Shown: in pieces, positions 29,650-43,599 of the stretch
How positions within the stretch are numbered: position 1 is the stretch's first letter
How the letters are laid out: each line of letters starts with the position of its first letter
Assembly: GCF_009914755.1 (NCBI RefSeq)
Contig: NC_060939.1
DNA: 64,000 nt
Direction: 5' to 3' (one strand)
Source: the human T2T-CHM13v2.0 reference genome, Homo sapiens
Program-made: the position numbers and the translations under genes
The notes under the pieces: generated by a model
The model's input: only the letters and a program-made list of their open reading frames with translations
What the model was told of the DNA's origin: nothing
The model's database searches: none

Positions 29650-30640
29650 AGAAAATTGATCCTGTGGTGAAATTTTCACTCAGAATGCAGAAGACAGGTA
29701 TGAAGAGTTGGAATTTATAAAAGAGGCCATCAGAGACCCAATCCCCTAACAATCAGCATTTATAAAAAAAGAGATTAGAAAAATGGAATTAAAACAACCA
29801 AATAAGTTATACAGAAAAAAATAGAGATAATTATGTAAAAAGCAAAATTTGAAGGATAGAAGAAAGCTCTGAATAGAGTCAAAGGAGAGCTTGCATAGAA
29901 AGCGACTGATAAAAAGAGATAAATATCTATATAATTTGGCTAAAACATTAATGTAGAAGAATAAAAAAAAGTGGCACATATACACCATGGAATACTATGC
30001 AGCCATAAAAAAGGATGAGTTCGTGTCCTTTGTAGGGACATGGATGAAGCTGGAAACCATCATTCTCAGCAAACTATTGCAAGGACAGAAAACCAAACAC
30101 CGCATGTTCTCATTCATAGGTGGGATTTGAACAATGAGAACACTTGGACACAGGAAGGGGAACATCACACACTGGGGCCTGTTGTGGGGTGGGGGGAGGG
30201 GGGAGGGATAGTATTAGGAGATATACCTAATGTAAATAACCAGTTAATGGGTGCAGCACACCAACATGGCACATGTATACATATGTAACAAACCCGCACG
30301 TTGTGCACATGTACCCTGGAACTTAAAGTATAAAAATTAAAAAAAAAAAAGAATCCTACAAATATCCAGAAAGAAAATATAAATTAACTATTTTGGTATG
30401 TAATCCCCCAAAATCACTTTGGCATCATACTTCTTCTCTGCAGCTTTGAAAGTCAGAAGACAGTGGCATAGTTTATAAGATTTGAGAATAAAAGAACTGT
30501 CACAAGAACCCTAAGTCAAGTTGTCATTCGTTTTAGAAGGCAAAACAGCCAGTGCATAGCAACACATTTTAAAAATTCCAAACAGATAATGATTAGAAAT
30601 ATATTTTAAAAACTCAGAAAACTTACCACTTCCTACGTAT
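29650..30640 (+). mobile_element. HAL1/old L1 ORF1-like fragment, interrupted by L1PA
   Basis: 'gaatcctacaaatatccag...tggcatcatacttcttctctgcagc...gtcagaagacagtgg...caagttgtcattc...gaaggcaa' resembles HAL1/L1M ORF1. Boundaries approximate. Confidence 0.6.
29971..30350 (+). mobile_element. L1PA4/L1PA5-like 3' end (5'-truncated, ~380 bp)
   Basis: 29972-30130 translates WHIYTMEYYAAIKKDEFVSFVGTWMKLETIILSKLLQGQKTKHRMFSFIGGI*, the L1 ORF2p C-terminus. It is followed by the primate L1 3'UTR with a G-rich tract (30186-30207) and poly(A). Confidence 0.97.
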
Positions 30641-30783
30641 CTTATTCCACAACTTTACATTTCACGTCTCAGATCAGTAAAATGCCTATGAACGAACACA
30701 CAGAAAAGCCTAACTATCATTTAAAAGGAGACTCTCAATGTTGTTACTCATTCTTAAATGAAGATTTCTGAGGTAAAACTTTC

Positions 30784-31077
30784 CTTTTTTTTTTTTCGAG
30801 ATGGAGTCTCGCTCCGTCCCCCAGGCTGGAGTGCAGTGGCGCGATCGCCTCACTGCAAGCTCCGCCTCCCGGGTTCCCGCCATTCTCCTGCCTCAGCCTC
30901 CCGAGTAGCTGGGACTACAGGCGCCCGCCATCACGCCCGGCTAATTTTGTGTATTTTTTAGTAGAGACGGGGTTTCACCGTGTTAGCCAGGATGGTCTCG
31001 ATCTCCTGACCTCGTGATCCGCCCGCCTCGGCCTCCCAAAGTGCTGGGATTACAGTCTTGAGCCACCGCGCCCGGCC
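30784..31077 (-). mobile_element. AluY, young and CpG-rich
   Basis: 'ctgcaagctccgcctcccggg', 'ccgtgttagccaggatggtctcgatctcctgacctcgtgatccgcccgcctcggcc'. Perfect 16-bp TSD ctgaggtaaaactttc at 30768-30783 and 31078-31093. Confidence 0.98.
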
Positions 31078-32166
31078 CTGAGGTAAAACTTTCTAATTCA
31101 ATCATAATAACTAGGATCCAGAGTCATACTTTATATTTTTAGACAAAGTGATTTCTTAGTTGCTTCAAGGGGTTCATGAACATGCTAAAGGGTGATTTGA
31201 CCTCACAGAGGGGATTCAAGGATAATGACTTGGGAGGTCAAGGCCACTCCAATCTTCCCAACTGTATTTGATGGTTTTTTTTGCCTAGACCCCTGTAAAA
31301 CAGCATTAAAACTTTTCTTTTATAGCAATGAATATGTTTTGGCTTATATTTGTTTTACTTACTCTCAGTTACTTCTTGAAACTTCTACAAGCATTTAAGC
31401 TCCGTGAAAGTGAAGTCTATATTCTGTTATTGTTTCGTTTTGTCTTTTCTGTATCGTAACCCCTCTTACCCAGCATCTAAATGGCTCTAACATCTAGAAA
31501 TTATGGCTAAATACTCATTGATTTGTGTTCAACTGTAGGCCTATGGAATATCCAGCGATGTGCCACTTACAGGAATGGAAACTCCTGGAGAGTTACAAAA
31601 GCTCATGGCATAATGAGAGAACAATATAATGTTCTACAAAAGAAAATACTCTTTTGAATATAGATAATTGTCTCATTGTACAGAAAAGTTATAGTGTAAT
31701 TTCGGTGCAGTTTGACAGCGAGCATGGGATGATATTGTAGTTGGCTGGAGTTTTGTTGGAAGGTATCACTGAGGAAGTAAAATTTGAGATAGAACTCAGA
31801 AAGTTGGTAAAGTTTCCCTGACAAAGGGCTATGAAAATAATCTTTTAAGGGTGAGCTTTAAAATTGGAAGGCTATCTAGGGGAAACAAAAATTCACACTT
31901 CTCGCCATGCACTGTAATAAAAGTTACACATATTAGAAAAGGGAGGATAGATTCAACGGGGAAGAAGTAGATAAGATTAGTAGCCACACTAGGGTGGGTA
32001 AGGATACTCACGGGCCCTCAGCGGAGACAGAGCTCCCTTCCATTCTCATTTGCTTTCTTTGAAAATAAAAATACTCCACTCTATCCTCCTCCTACTTATG
32101 TCCACCCAGCTTACTCAGAATCCTATTGGATGTGTTTCACTCCAGAAAGTTCCCTTTATAAATGAT

Positions 32167-32360
<194 letters not shown>

Positions 32361-32719
32361 TGACTCTCCATGTTAATTGACTAAATTACACCTATCTACA
32401 TAAAGCATTCTTAAATAACCTTTAGTGTTTCCCTAGGTACTCAGCTACTGTTCTATTTTTTGTTCTCATATACTTTATATTTAATTAGCATCCAAGCCTT
32501 GTTTGTCCCTTCCATCTTAGCTCAGACCGTCATGATTTTCCACAAAGATTTGCTGCCACAACCTCCAGCTCCCAGTGTCCACCTATCTAATCTATCCTAT
32601 GTGTTATTGGTGGGTTATCTGCTTTCTAAAACATACTCTAAGACACGATAATTGAATTTTAAAGCTGCTAGAGACTTTAGACATCTACTCCACTGTTTTG
32701 TAAATTTTCACCCTTACAA

Positions 32720-32945
32720 GACAATACTGGCTGCTATAAATATTCTGCAGTAAAATGTTTCCCATAACATTCGGGAGCTACTCTTCTCTAGAGTTTCCCT
32801 TTGAGATTCATAATGCATATTAGCGCTCTACAGACCAACATGTGCTTTGCTAAAAAAAAAAGCCACAACTGAACTTTGTATAATCCAGGTGACTTGCAAG
32901 TATGTTAAACCACACTCTGTGGAGGACCCTTTGGAAAATATTGCT
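32720..32945. mobile_element. hAT-Charlie fossil (Charlie4z/MER103-like)
   Basis: 'gagattcataatgcatattagc' and terminal 'ccctttggaaaatattg'. Confidence 0.55.
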
Positions 32946-33779
32946 ATGGTCCAGTCACCTCATTTTGCAATTGTTCTCAGATCAAGTGAACTTAAGAAAC
33001 TCAGTGTAGCTTTTCCTGACTAACACCGTTACCGAATATTGTTGGACCTCTTTTGCTGCCTTCCCATAGCTCTTGGCGATTGCCTTTCTTCCCTAGTGGA
33101 TTCTCGTTTCCTATGAGGGCAGAGGCCGTGCCTCTGTTGTACACTTCTCTCCAGCATGCAGTAGGTGCTCTATAATGTTGAATGACAGCCTGACCAATGC
33201 TGTTCCAGTGAGAGTTTGTAGGCAGGGTCTATGTGATACCAAGCTATTCCTTCAGCTTTGCAGAATTATAGAACAGCTTCCCTCATCCAATTTGGATGCA
33301 TTCATTTTAGAATGAAGTGACCTCTCATTGTGAGTGGTATATAGCCGTAGAGAGTCCTCAGCTTAGAGAAGTCTCATTGTCATCTCAGCTATGGGGAGAT
33401 GTAGCAATATCCAGGCTGGGCAGACCCTAGGATTAAATTCCCATGTGTTTCTTGAATAAACAAAAAAATGAACAAACAAAGACCCTTAGACCACCAGCTC
33501 CACCTCACTTGGTAGTGACTCCAGGTAATGAGAAAGAGAAGGTATAATTTGCACTGAGTGTTTTCATTCAACTGTTGAATCATTTGTTAGGCAGCACTGG
33601 TCCCATTGTGTCCCTTGTTTGATGACAGACAGCCTTCCAAGATGTCATATAGATGTCTCTCTCCACTGATTTTTCCTCCATCTCCTTAAACCTATTACCT
33701 CGAGCCTCTCACTCACTTCTTGCACCTGTGGTCCCCTTCCTCCCCATTCCTTTTAGCTATGGCCAGTGATGCTATTTGT

Positions 33780-33985
33780 GTACAGTAGGAAGATCCCTGC
33801 ACATGGCGGCAGAGAATTTGCTTGTAAGTCTCAGTTCTTCCTCTTAGGAAATCTGTGACAAGGCACCAGCTCCTCTGAGCCTTTGCTTCCTTCTGCTAAA
33901 ATGTTCACACTAATGTTTGCCTTACCCACAGCATGAAATCCTTGAAGGGACCCATTGAAGCAATGTGTATCAAATGACATAGTTA
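33780..33985 (+). mobile_element. MIR
   Basis: 'ctctgagcctttgcttccttctgctaaaatg' degenerate core. Confidence 0.5.
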
Positions 33986-34134
33986 GCTAGACAGCCCTCT
34001 GTGTATGAAAGTTTTCCAAAGTTGTCCCTAATCATTGTCTCTAATCATGGGAGAAGCTCTATGAAAGTCTCCAGTACGTTTAAGAAACCACACATGCTCT
34101 ATCCTTGTTTAACATATCCATGATGCTCATGAGG

Positions 34135-34292
34135 AATTAGAGGTTTGAATGTCTGCAGCAAAAAACCTGTTTGACCCAGAGATTCCCCCCAAGTAATTTC
34201 ATCAAGAATTCCGTCTTCATTTGGTTAATGTAATAAGTATTAACCTCTGGCAGACACTGGGGTTCCACAGAACACACTTTGGGAAATGTTGC
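34135..34292. mobile_element. hAT-Charlie fossil (Charlie4z/MER103-like)
   Basis: 'ctgcagcaaaaaacctgtttgaccc...tattaac...gttccacagaacacactttgggaaatgttg'. Confidence 0.65.
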
Positions 34293-35096
34293 CCCTGGCT
34301 GATGTAAGGTAATCTCATTGACAGTGTGTGCCATACCTCCAAAAACACTCCTGTTTTTTATTTGTTTTAAGGAACTGTTGCTTCTTAATTAATTTGAGTG
34401 AGAAGCAGTGGGCTTGTCAGGTGTACTGGCAGAGGAGATGCCTGGGGAGAGGGAACCTTCTGACACATTGGAGAAGGCAGACGGCTGACACCCTGTCTTG
34501 TCTAAAGGGCCAGTCCTGCAGAACCCAACACATGTCTGTTGGCTCCTTTCTGTCCCTTCAATACAGCCTGAGCCCTCATTCTCTCTCCCACAGATGAGCT
34601 TAACAGCCTTCTTACTAGCTTCTATGTCATCTATGTTGCCCTTAGCTGTTATAGGTCATCCTTAAAATTTTGACCTTGTCCTTCACTTGATTAAGAATCC
34701 TGTGACCCACCCTCTTTGTTTTTGTTTTTGTCTTACGGAATGGAGCCTAAACTCCTTAGCAAAGAAGTTATGACCTTTCATGATCTGACTCTAACCTATC
34801 ATTGCAGGAGTGTCACCACTGGTCTGACCACACCTATATCTCAATTACTTTGACAGTCAACTGTTCCTTGAATGTGACGGTGGTACCAGGCCTTTGCACA
34901 GGCTGCATCTTCTGCCCAGAAAACAACCTACCAAATTTCTTTTTTTAGTGCAAAACCTAACATAAATATTCACTAATTTATGACTGCTCCAAGCAGTTAG
35001 CCTATCTCCTCTCTGGGGTTATGGTACTTACTACAGTGAATATGGCTGATATTATGGATCAGCCCCTGGCACTGAGATGAAGAGCACTTTAGAGTT

Positions 35097-35713
<617 letters not shown>

Positions 35714-37206
35714 GAGTTACTGATATTTGTACCCCAGTATGCAGCACAAAAGTGCAGTGACTGACAAATGGCAGGCACCTGGTAAGTTATCATAGATAAA
35801 CACACGGACAAGCAAATGAGCAATATAATCTAGTGAAGAAGGTGAAGTAACAGAATCACACAAAGGGGAGGGAAATGTCTCTACCAGCCCAGTAGGCAAT
35901 AGCAAGGAGTATTAAATTGGCAAAGAAATCCATTTAAGAGATCTGGAGCAGAAGGAGGTTCGAAGGCCAAGTCCTGGGGAAGCTGAAAGTGACTAGAAAT
36001 ATATCTCTCCTGGATGTCGGAAGCAGTGACACACAATGGCTTTACTGGACATAGTGGATTTATCTATCAGTACAATGGGGTTGATATACTGTGTTGGCTT
36101 TACATACTTTTAGAATATCAGTGCAAATATTTTTGGCTTTCTCTCTCTTGAAACAAAAAGATGTTAGGCAGTGAGCAAGTGTCTTCAAAGAAAGACATTT
36201 TCTACCATTCCAGTTTTAGGACTGAAATTTACTAAGTCTACCTAATAGATTAATTCTTTTGAAAGAATTCTTTGGGCTTGACAAATTCAGGAGATGTAGA
36301 AAATGAATTTCTTTAAAATCACTGGAGAAAAATATGTCTCCATAGGGCACTAGGGAGTGTGAGTTAAATGTCATTTATTTAATACGTATTAGTTGAATGT
36401 TTAAAATATGAAACTCTCTTTGATACTAGGCACTGGGAACAGGGCAATGAGCAAAGTCTCTGCTGCAGAATAAGCTGTTTGTCTCTCAGTAACTCCAGAG
36501 ATGGTCCTTACCAATTAAAGAGGCTGGCGTCCATTTGTTACCTCCTTAAATGGCTGAAGGAGCTGTTGATTGCAGGCTGCTTTGCTCAGGGAACCACCAT
36601 ATTTGCAAACACAAATGCATATTTACACTCTGATGAATAATGAAGGTTATGTATTGCATGTACTTGAAATAATGGTTGATTTTAGAGTGCCATTCATAAA
36701 ACCCACATCAAAAAGTGTGTTATGGCCTGACGTTTTCATTGCAGTTCAAGTAAAATAGTCCTTGGAAATTGTCTTGCTACCAAATTGCAATCATAAAGGC
36801 AGGGGTTCAGACTGGGAGAATCATGTTGTAGTATTGTGAACTTCTGGATAATATATAACATAACGAGTTTAATTGAATCATTCAGTTGGGTTTTTGCCCA
36901 GAAAAGTGAGAATTTAAATGCTGATACAGCTTCAGCTTCCAATGACACCAGTCAGCACTCCTTAGATTGGATGTAAATAATCCTATTTGCGGATATGCAA
37001 TATGGTAAGGGGATGGTTGTCTGTAAACTTGCTAGCAAAGGTAATTAAATAATTCCATCATGTCTTAATACATATGAAAAAAAATCATTGGTCTCAAAGA
37101 TCTGAAATGCATTTTCCTTCTAACTACTACAAGAAAGAATACTGAAATTTTAGCAACCATTATCTTACTTTGGAACTGCAGAAGCAAGATAGAGAACATA
37201 CCACAT

Positions 37207-37232
37207 ACACACACACACACACACGCACACAC
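37207..37232. repeat. (CA)n microsatellite, one interruption
   Basis: Read directly. Confidence 0.85.
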
Positions 37233-37819
37233 AGACTAAAAGCTCAGAAGTTACCATAGCAACAGTAGCATCTGCTCCTGACCCATGTTTGGAGAAGTTG
37301 CAATACACACAGTCCAACCGGGTTGGGCTGTGTAATTCTTCTTTCCTGGGACTAGAGATTCAAATTTGGTTCAAATTATACACTTTAATAAAGTTCATCT
37401 TGATTTAAATTCTGAACTTCTCAAGTCCTGTTTCCTGAGCTCCAGCCTTATCATAGCATTCACAGGAAAATAAATCAGCTACAGGGTCACTTAGAACATT
37501 GTAATGCAGTCACACACAACAGGAATGAAATGCATCTCCAAACAAGATTTTTGGTTAGCTATTTTTGGTTAGCTTGTGGAAAATAAGAGTTCTTGATGTG
37601 TTCACAATGGGCCCTGTCCATGTGACTAAACACAAAATCAATTTACAGACAAAAAATTCTCACGGAAAGAAAAGAAGAGTACCCTTCCCTCTGGGAATTC
37701 ACCTCCCTGCTATCATACAGGATAGTAATATTAACCATTGTATTTTGGTATCACAGCCGACCTCACTCTTGATTCTTCATCTTCTCTTTGATTATTCCTT
37801 CTCAGTCTCTGTTTTTACC

Positions 37820-38290
37820 TTCCTCATCTTCTCAATGTTTGTACACTGCTGTTCAAAGGAGCCCCATTTGGCCCCTTTCTCTTCTCACTGAGTATTCTTT
37901 TTCCCAAGTGAGGTTAGTCACTGTGCAACTTACAATTCCCTGCCATCCATCTCACCCAAGACCTTATCTCTAGCCAAGATTTTATCATCTCTAGAGCATT
38001 CTCCAAAACCCCATGCTGTTTCAGAGTTGATTACCTCCACCCGACGTCTGCTCAACACATAAAACTCACCATTGTTCTCCTCATATGGGCTTCTCCATCT
38101 CTGTTAGTTGCTCCTCATTCATTTCTGCACTTCAGCTAAGATATTTGAAGTTATATGAAACTTTTCCTTAACCACCAGGTTTTCCTTACAGTGCAGTAGA
38201 AATTTGTATTTGTTCTACTTCAGTAACATGTTCAGAACCCAGGGCCTCTTCATTGTCGCCTGATACTGCCTTTAGTCTATTCTTCATCAC
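37820..38290 (+). mobile_element. L2 fragment
   Basis: 'ggcccctttctcttctcac', 'tatctctagccaaga', 'aaactcacc...ctctgttagttgc' follow the L2 ORF2 3' pattern. Confidence 0.5.
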
Positions 38291-41200
38291 CCCTGAGGCT
38301 ATTTGGAATCATTGCTTAGCCGGACACCCTGTCCCCTCTTCTATGCAATTCCCGAGTTGTATCATGTTTAGTCCTTCAGGAGTTCCCTTTACCAGCACCG
38401 TGAGGGCTTTGCCTTGATCTGTCATCCACTCACCCCCCTCACTTATCTCTCCACTAGTCTCAAACATGGGGTCTCCCTGTCCTTCCTTTCCCCATGTCTT
38501 ATAGCAAGGATCATAACCTAGACTGTCTCCTGGGTGCTTGAGCAGTTTCAAGCTGATAGAGAGTCCTGGGGACTGTGATAAGCTAGAGAGCATGGACAAT
38601 CTGAAGCAACTAAACATCGTTTTAAATACATTGTGCCAGGCAAGTAGAACTCTTCTCTGGGCCGGATGCAGCTTTTGCGAAGCCATTGCAACCTCTGTAT
38701 GGACTCTGACCACACTCAAATATTCTGAGTTTCCTCTAGAGTCTTTGCTGGGTATCTGTAAAGGTACAATCTCCCTCCTGTAGAGGACTGTTTCTCTCAC
38801 CCTGTCCTTTAGATAAATTCATCAATACAGGGGGCCAACCAAACTCTTTCCTACCCAAAGCCTCTGTCACTCTGGCACCCTGACTGTGCCAGGACAGAGA
38901 TTAAGCAAGGTGGTTAAGGCAGTGTTTTGTTTCTTTATGAAGTTGTAAATAATAGCAATGAAGTTTAACATTTGTATGGAACTTGGCAGCTTCCTAAGCA
39001 CTTTCATACTTTTGATATATCTGGAAAGGAGAACTTTAAAAGGCATGAAGAAAGCAATGGCGGCGGGGGGGCGGGTGGGGGAAAAAAACTTATTTGTAAG
39101 CCATGGGCAGATCGTTGTGTTTTTGGTAAGATTTTTCAAAAACAAAACAAAACAAAACAAAACAGAAATTAAACTATCAGTCTCTGTTATGGAGGCTTTT
39201 CTAGAATCGCTTCCAACTTTCAAACCTGTGAATGATTACCCAAAATCCACTTTATAGATCGACTGCAGGTACAATGTGCCCTCCATTTGGTTTTTCAAAA
39301 GCACATACCAAGTTTTCTTTAATTATAGCTATATCATGCTTCTATGAAGGTTTCATATTTGAATTTATGGAATTGTTATATTGAAACGGAATTGTGCTAC
39401 ACCTTTAAACCTCAAGTGGCTACTAATATTTTATTAAATACAGCTGCCACTAGGCAATAAAAATCTCCAAGGGGCCAAAAAAAAAGAGTACAGTGTTTTT
39501 CATATCTGCTTTCTTCTTGCAGAAGCCATATGCTAGTAATACATATATGCTGTCTGGTATTCAATATATACTCCAGCTTTGTATATAGTTAGCCTAGAGC
39601 ATTACACACCACCTGCATAATTTCAAAACACTGAACACTAGATGTCACAAAACAAAAACCCTGTGCTGTGCTCTCAAGCACAAATGCATTTACAGTTGGT
39701 TAATGAGATATACAGAAAGCTGCTGCAAAGCCAAAGAAGTTAGTTTCATTATACAAGTTTAGGAAATAATGGTGAACTTTTGAGGACAGATATTCCGCAG
39801 CCATAATTAGCTTTAAGAGAAATCCATTTGGTATGCATTTGGTTTTTCATTAGGACATGCATTTTCACTCCCATGTGCAATGTTTGAAAGGTTTACATTA
39901 CATAAAATTAGGGCTGTATAAACTGTGTGCTTCATCTCTTTCTCTAAGGTGATTGCGCCTTCCCTTGAACACAGAAGCCTGACTGATAGCCCCCATTGTA
40001 TGCAATGCACGTCAATAAATACCGAACATGAATGTGAATCAATATTGTGTTAGTATTGGGATTAAGCAAGCTCTTTTCTCCTCCTTTTTTTTTTCTTCTG
40101 GGGAGATGAATATGAGTAAATAAAATGAGTGTTTGTCTGAAACTGTGTTGGGGGATTAGGCTTTGTGTTTTCCTTTTGAGGAGCAGCATGCCAACTGGCA
40201 AGCCTTGGCTGGCTACCTGGGCCGAGCACAAAAAATGAGATGCTCACCCTTGTGGCAGCGAGGCCTGCTGCTTTGAAGGACGCAGGGAGGCAGGCCTCCT
40301 CTCACCCAGAAAAGCCAGGTGCAGTTTCTGCAGCGGAGAAAGGTTATGCTTCATATGACTTCGTTTTCTCTCTGCAAATTAAGGGACAATTTATGAGTGT
40401 CTAGACAGGAATTAATCGGAATAATATTGGCTGCTTTTGACCCAAGAGTGCTATTAAAATAAAGTATATACAACACAAATATAGGACAAAATCATTTATA
40501 TAGCCTATTATCATGCCAGCATCCAGAGGCACCTTACAATAATAAAATGATTTACAAAAGAAAACACTAACAAAACATATCTCAGATGACAAATGGCTTT
40601 GAAAAGCAAACTTAATCTGTTCCTGAAGTTATAGTTAAGAGAGAGAGTCTGTAAGTGCTTATGAGATAAGGAGATTGTAAATGATGGTAAAATAATAAAA
40701 CAGACGGCTGGTGGAGAACCGCAGATCTAAGACAGAAGTAGTTTCTACGATTTATACGAAGTGAGTATGTGAGAATCTTCCAAGATCCCTGTAAGTACTA
40801 AACCTGGAGAATATATGTTCAAATCTAAATGTACTAAATTCCTGTCAAATGGAAACAGAAATCTTGTACATAAAACAAAAAACAAGAAAATGCTAGCTTT
40901 CTCTATGACAAAAGTATGAAATTCAGAAAAATTTAAAAGTTGCCATTTCTATACAAATAAAACATATTATTTTTCAAAAATTTTTAAAAATGTTTGTAAA
41001 TTTGCTGGCTGAGGGTAGGAAGTATTTACAGAATTAATTCTTAAAGACAACAATTTAAACCATCTGATTCATGATACGTCACCTGATTTCATTGTATGTT
41101 TTCTGACTTTGGGTAGTTTATGGAATAAAAATAAATGGTTTTTCTTTAACCTTTTATTTGGTAGAATATAACTGTTTTTACTCAATAAGAAAAAAATACG

Positions 41201-42792
41201 ATGTACATTTTGTTATTTTAAAATAACTTTTCTCAATTATCAATTGTTTAAGTAACACAAATTCATTGCACAGAACTTTTAAAATATGTAAAAGTATCAA
41301 GAAGAAAACAAAAATCACACATAATCTCCATTTCCAGAAGTAACTACAGTTAATGCCTTGGTGTATCTTTCCTAAAATGATAATTTTTCCAAATTAACTT
41401 GAAATTGATGCTAGCCACATTTTAAACTGGAAAAATGAGCTATTTCTGTAAAAACACCTGCCACATCAAGTAGGGGTAAGAATTATGGCCACGAATGGAC
41501 CAATTTAATTCTCCCCAATATTTTCTCTACCTTGATAATTATTGCATAACTATTTTAACTGGATTATCATAGTTTCTGCATTGCAATTTAAAAAAGGAAA
41601 CAAAGCTACCTTTTAAAAATCAAATGCCAATATTATTTATATTTATAAAATAATATAACTTAATTTGAAGCAGTAAAATATCCTTCTACTTTCTTTTTTT
41701 GCTTTAGTAATAAGTAAATTAATACATTTAATCTCTTATTGACACAAATATACATACATACATATATACAGGTATATATTACAGGAATCACACATATAAT
41801 TTGGCTTCTTCCTATTTCCTTTCCTTATGGTAAGAGCAGAAATGTTTCTACTTTCTCAAAAAAGACACAACAGGACAGAAGACAGGGGGTTACATTTCTG
41901 TCTTTGTTCGGGTGGTCCATCTCTGAATGGATTTAATCAGTTCAAAGCATGATGTAAAGGCAGGGTGCCCTGGCTCATGCCACTGAGGGTTGGCTCTCTG
42001 GCCTGGGTAGAAACACCCTGGGCCTTATTTTGATGTGGATTATTTCAAACAGTTCAACTGTGAATTGCTGTTCTAGCAAAAGAAATATCCAGGGCAAAAT
42101 CTTCACAAAGAAAATACAATGCAAATATAATGTGAATACTGTCAGATAAAGGGCTTTTAATTTGAACTTTTATCCGTCCTTTAATGTTTCCTTGCCCCTT
42201 AAACTTGTGAATCCATCCTTCAAGATTGGAGAAAATCTCATCTCTCTACCCTCAGCACAGTTTTCCCTCTGTCTCATCTCCTTGACTATATGACTGCCAA
42301 ACTGAATTCAATAGGCCTTCAAAATCATCTTGCTTTTTCTTTTCCTGTCCCATTCAGCCACAGACCCAAATGTAAGGGCAATTTTATTTTATAATATGTA
42401 TTTTTGTTTCTTTCTTTCTTTTGCTATTTCATTTCTCCTGAGGGTAGTCCATTCCATGGGCCTTTTAAGAAAATTAAATATAAAATTTGGATCAGCATTT
42501 AAAGTCGTATTGGACAAACAGACATATTCACTCTTGTGATCATCTAAACCTTGATCTGGTCTTTTGAGGACTTTAGGACTAGAAAGAAAACCTCACGTCA
42601 GCTGATTCTGCTGGTAATGTCAACAGTTGCTCCACTTGAAGGAACTTCTAGCACTTCCTAGTGACTTGGAAAATGTTATTTGTTTCTTCTTCCTGCAAAC
42701 ATGGCTAACCTTTCTTAAGTTTATGAATTATTGTAAGTTTCTTATTACGGTATGCTTGCCCCTCCCCCAATACAGCTAGAAATTACAGGAAG

Positions 42793-43105
42793 GGCCACGC
42801 ATGGTGGCTCACGCCTGTAATCCCAAAACTTTTGGAACCCTGAACAGGAGGATAGCTTGAGGCCAGGAGTTGGAGACCAGCCTGGTCAACACAGTGATAT
42901 TCCCTTCTCTACAAAAAATAGTAATTAAAGAAATTAGCTGGGTATAGTGGCACACGCTGGTGGTCCTAGGGAGTCTGGAGGCTGAGGTGGGAGGATTGCT
43001 TGCATCTAGGGGTTTGAGACTGCAGTGAGCTATGCTCACACCACTGCATTCTAGCCTGAGTGACAGAGTGAGACCCAGTCTCCAAAAACAAGGAAAGAAA
43101 AGAAA
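42793..43105 (+). mobile_element. AluJ (Jo/Jr-like), full length
   Basis: J diagnostics 'ggaggatagcttgaggccaggag', 'ctctacaaaaaa', 'gcagtgagctatg', 'gagaccc'. Confidence 0.95.
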
Positions 43106-43599
43106 TATACCAGCTTCACGCAGAATCCCAAAGAGTAATTCTGAGAAGACAGTTCCAGTTCTAGTTAAAAGCTCTGGGAACTGAACTCCAATGGGAACCC
43201 TTAATACATCAAAACTAAAAAAAAGTGTCATTCTCTTCTTCCACCATTTCTGGCTATTGACAATAAATTTTGAAAACATATAAGTGACTATGTTTCCTAT
43301 TAGATGAGATAATTTAATTGAAAGAATTCTGTTTGCTTAGTGGTTTGTTCTAATGAACTATTCAATTGTTGGGGTTTTATGTGGTATTTTTCCCCCTCAC
43401 TAACTTTTATCTTTCTCAGCTCTTCCTAATATGGGTTCTCATTTCCTAATATGGGTTCTTTCCCGAAGGAGGGAGGCTGTCCTGCCCACATGCAGGTGCT
43501 GTGGAGTCACTATACACATGCCTGGGGTATATTCTAAACAGGCTCCCAGGAGAACAGGTAGTTGAAGAGAACAGCCCAGAGCTCACAGTGATGACTCTT

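Noticed and set aside
30040-30288. 82-aa ORF MDEAGNHHSQQT...
   Set aside because: Alternative-frame translation of the L1PA ORF2 end and 3'UTR.
38309-38800. Longest ORF (163 aa, minus strand)
   Set aside because: Non-ATG start, no recognisable domain or splice context, and a length compatible with chance in 64 kb across six frames.
42809-43279. 156-aa ORF and the other Alu-overlapping ORFs (14737, 15018, 27505, 27536, 30758, 35206, 43934, 48886, 54657, 63612)
   Set aside because: Peptides such as [19 protein letters not shown] and [12 protein letters not shown] are the standard antisense Alu translations, not genes.
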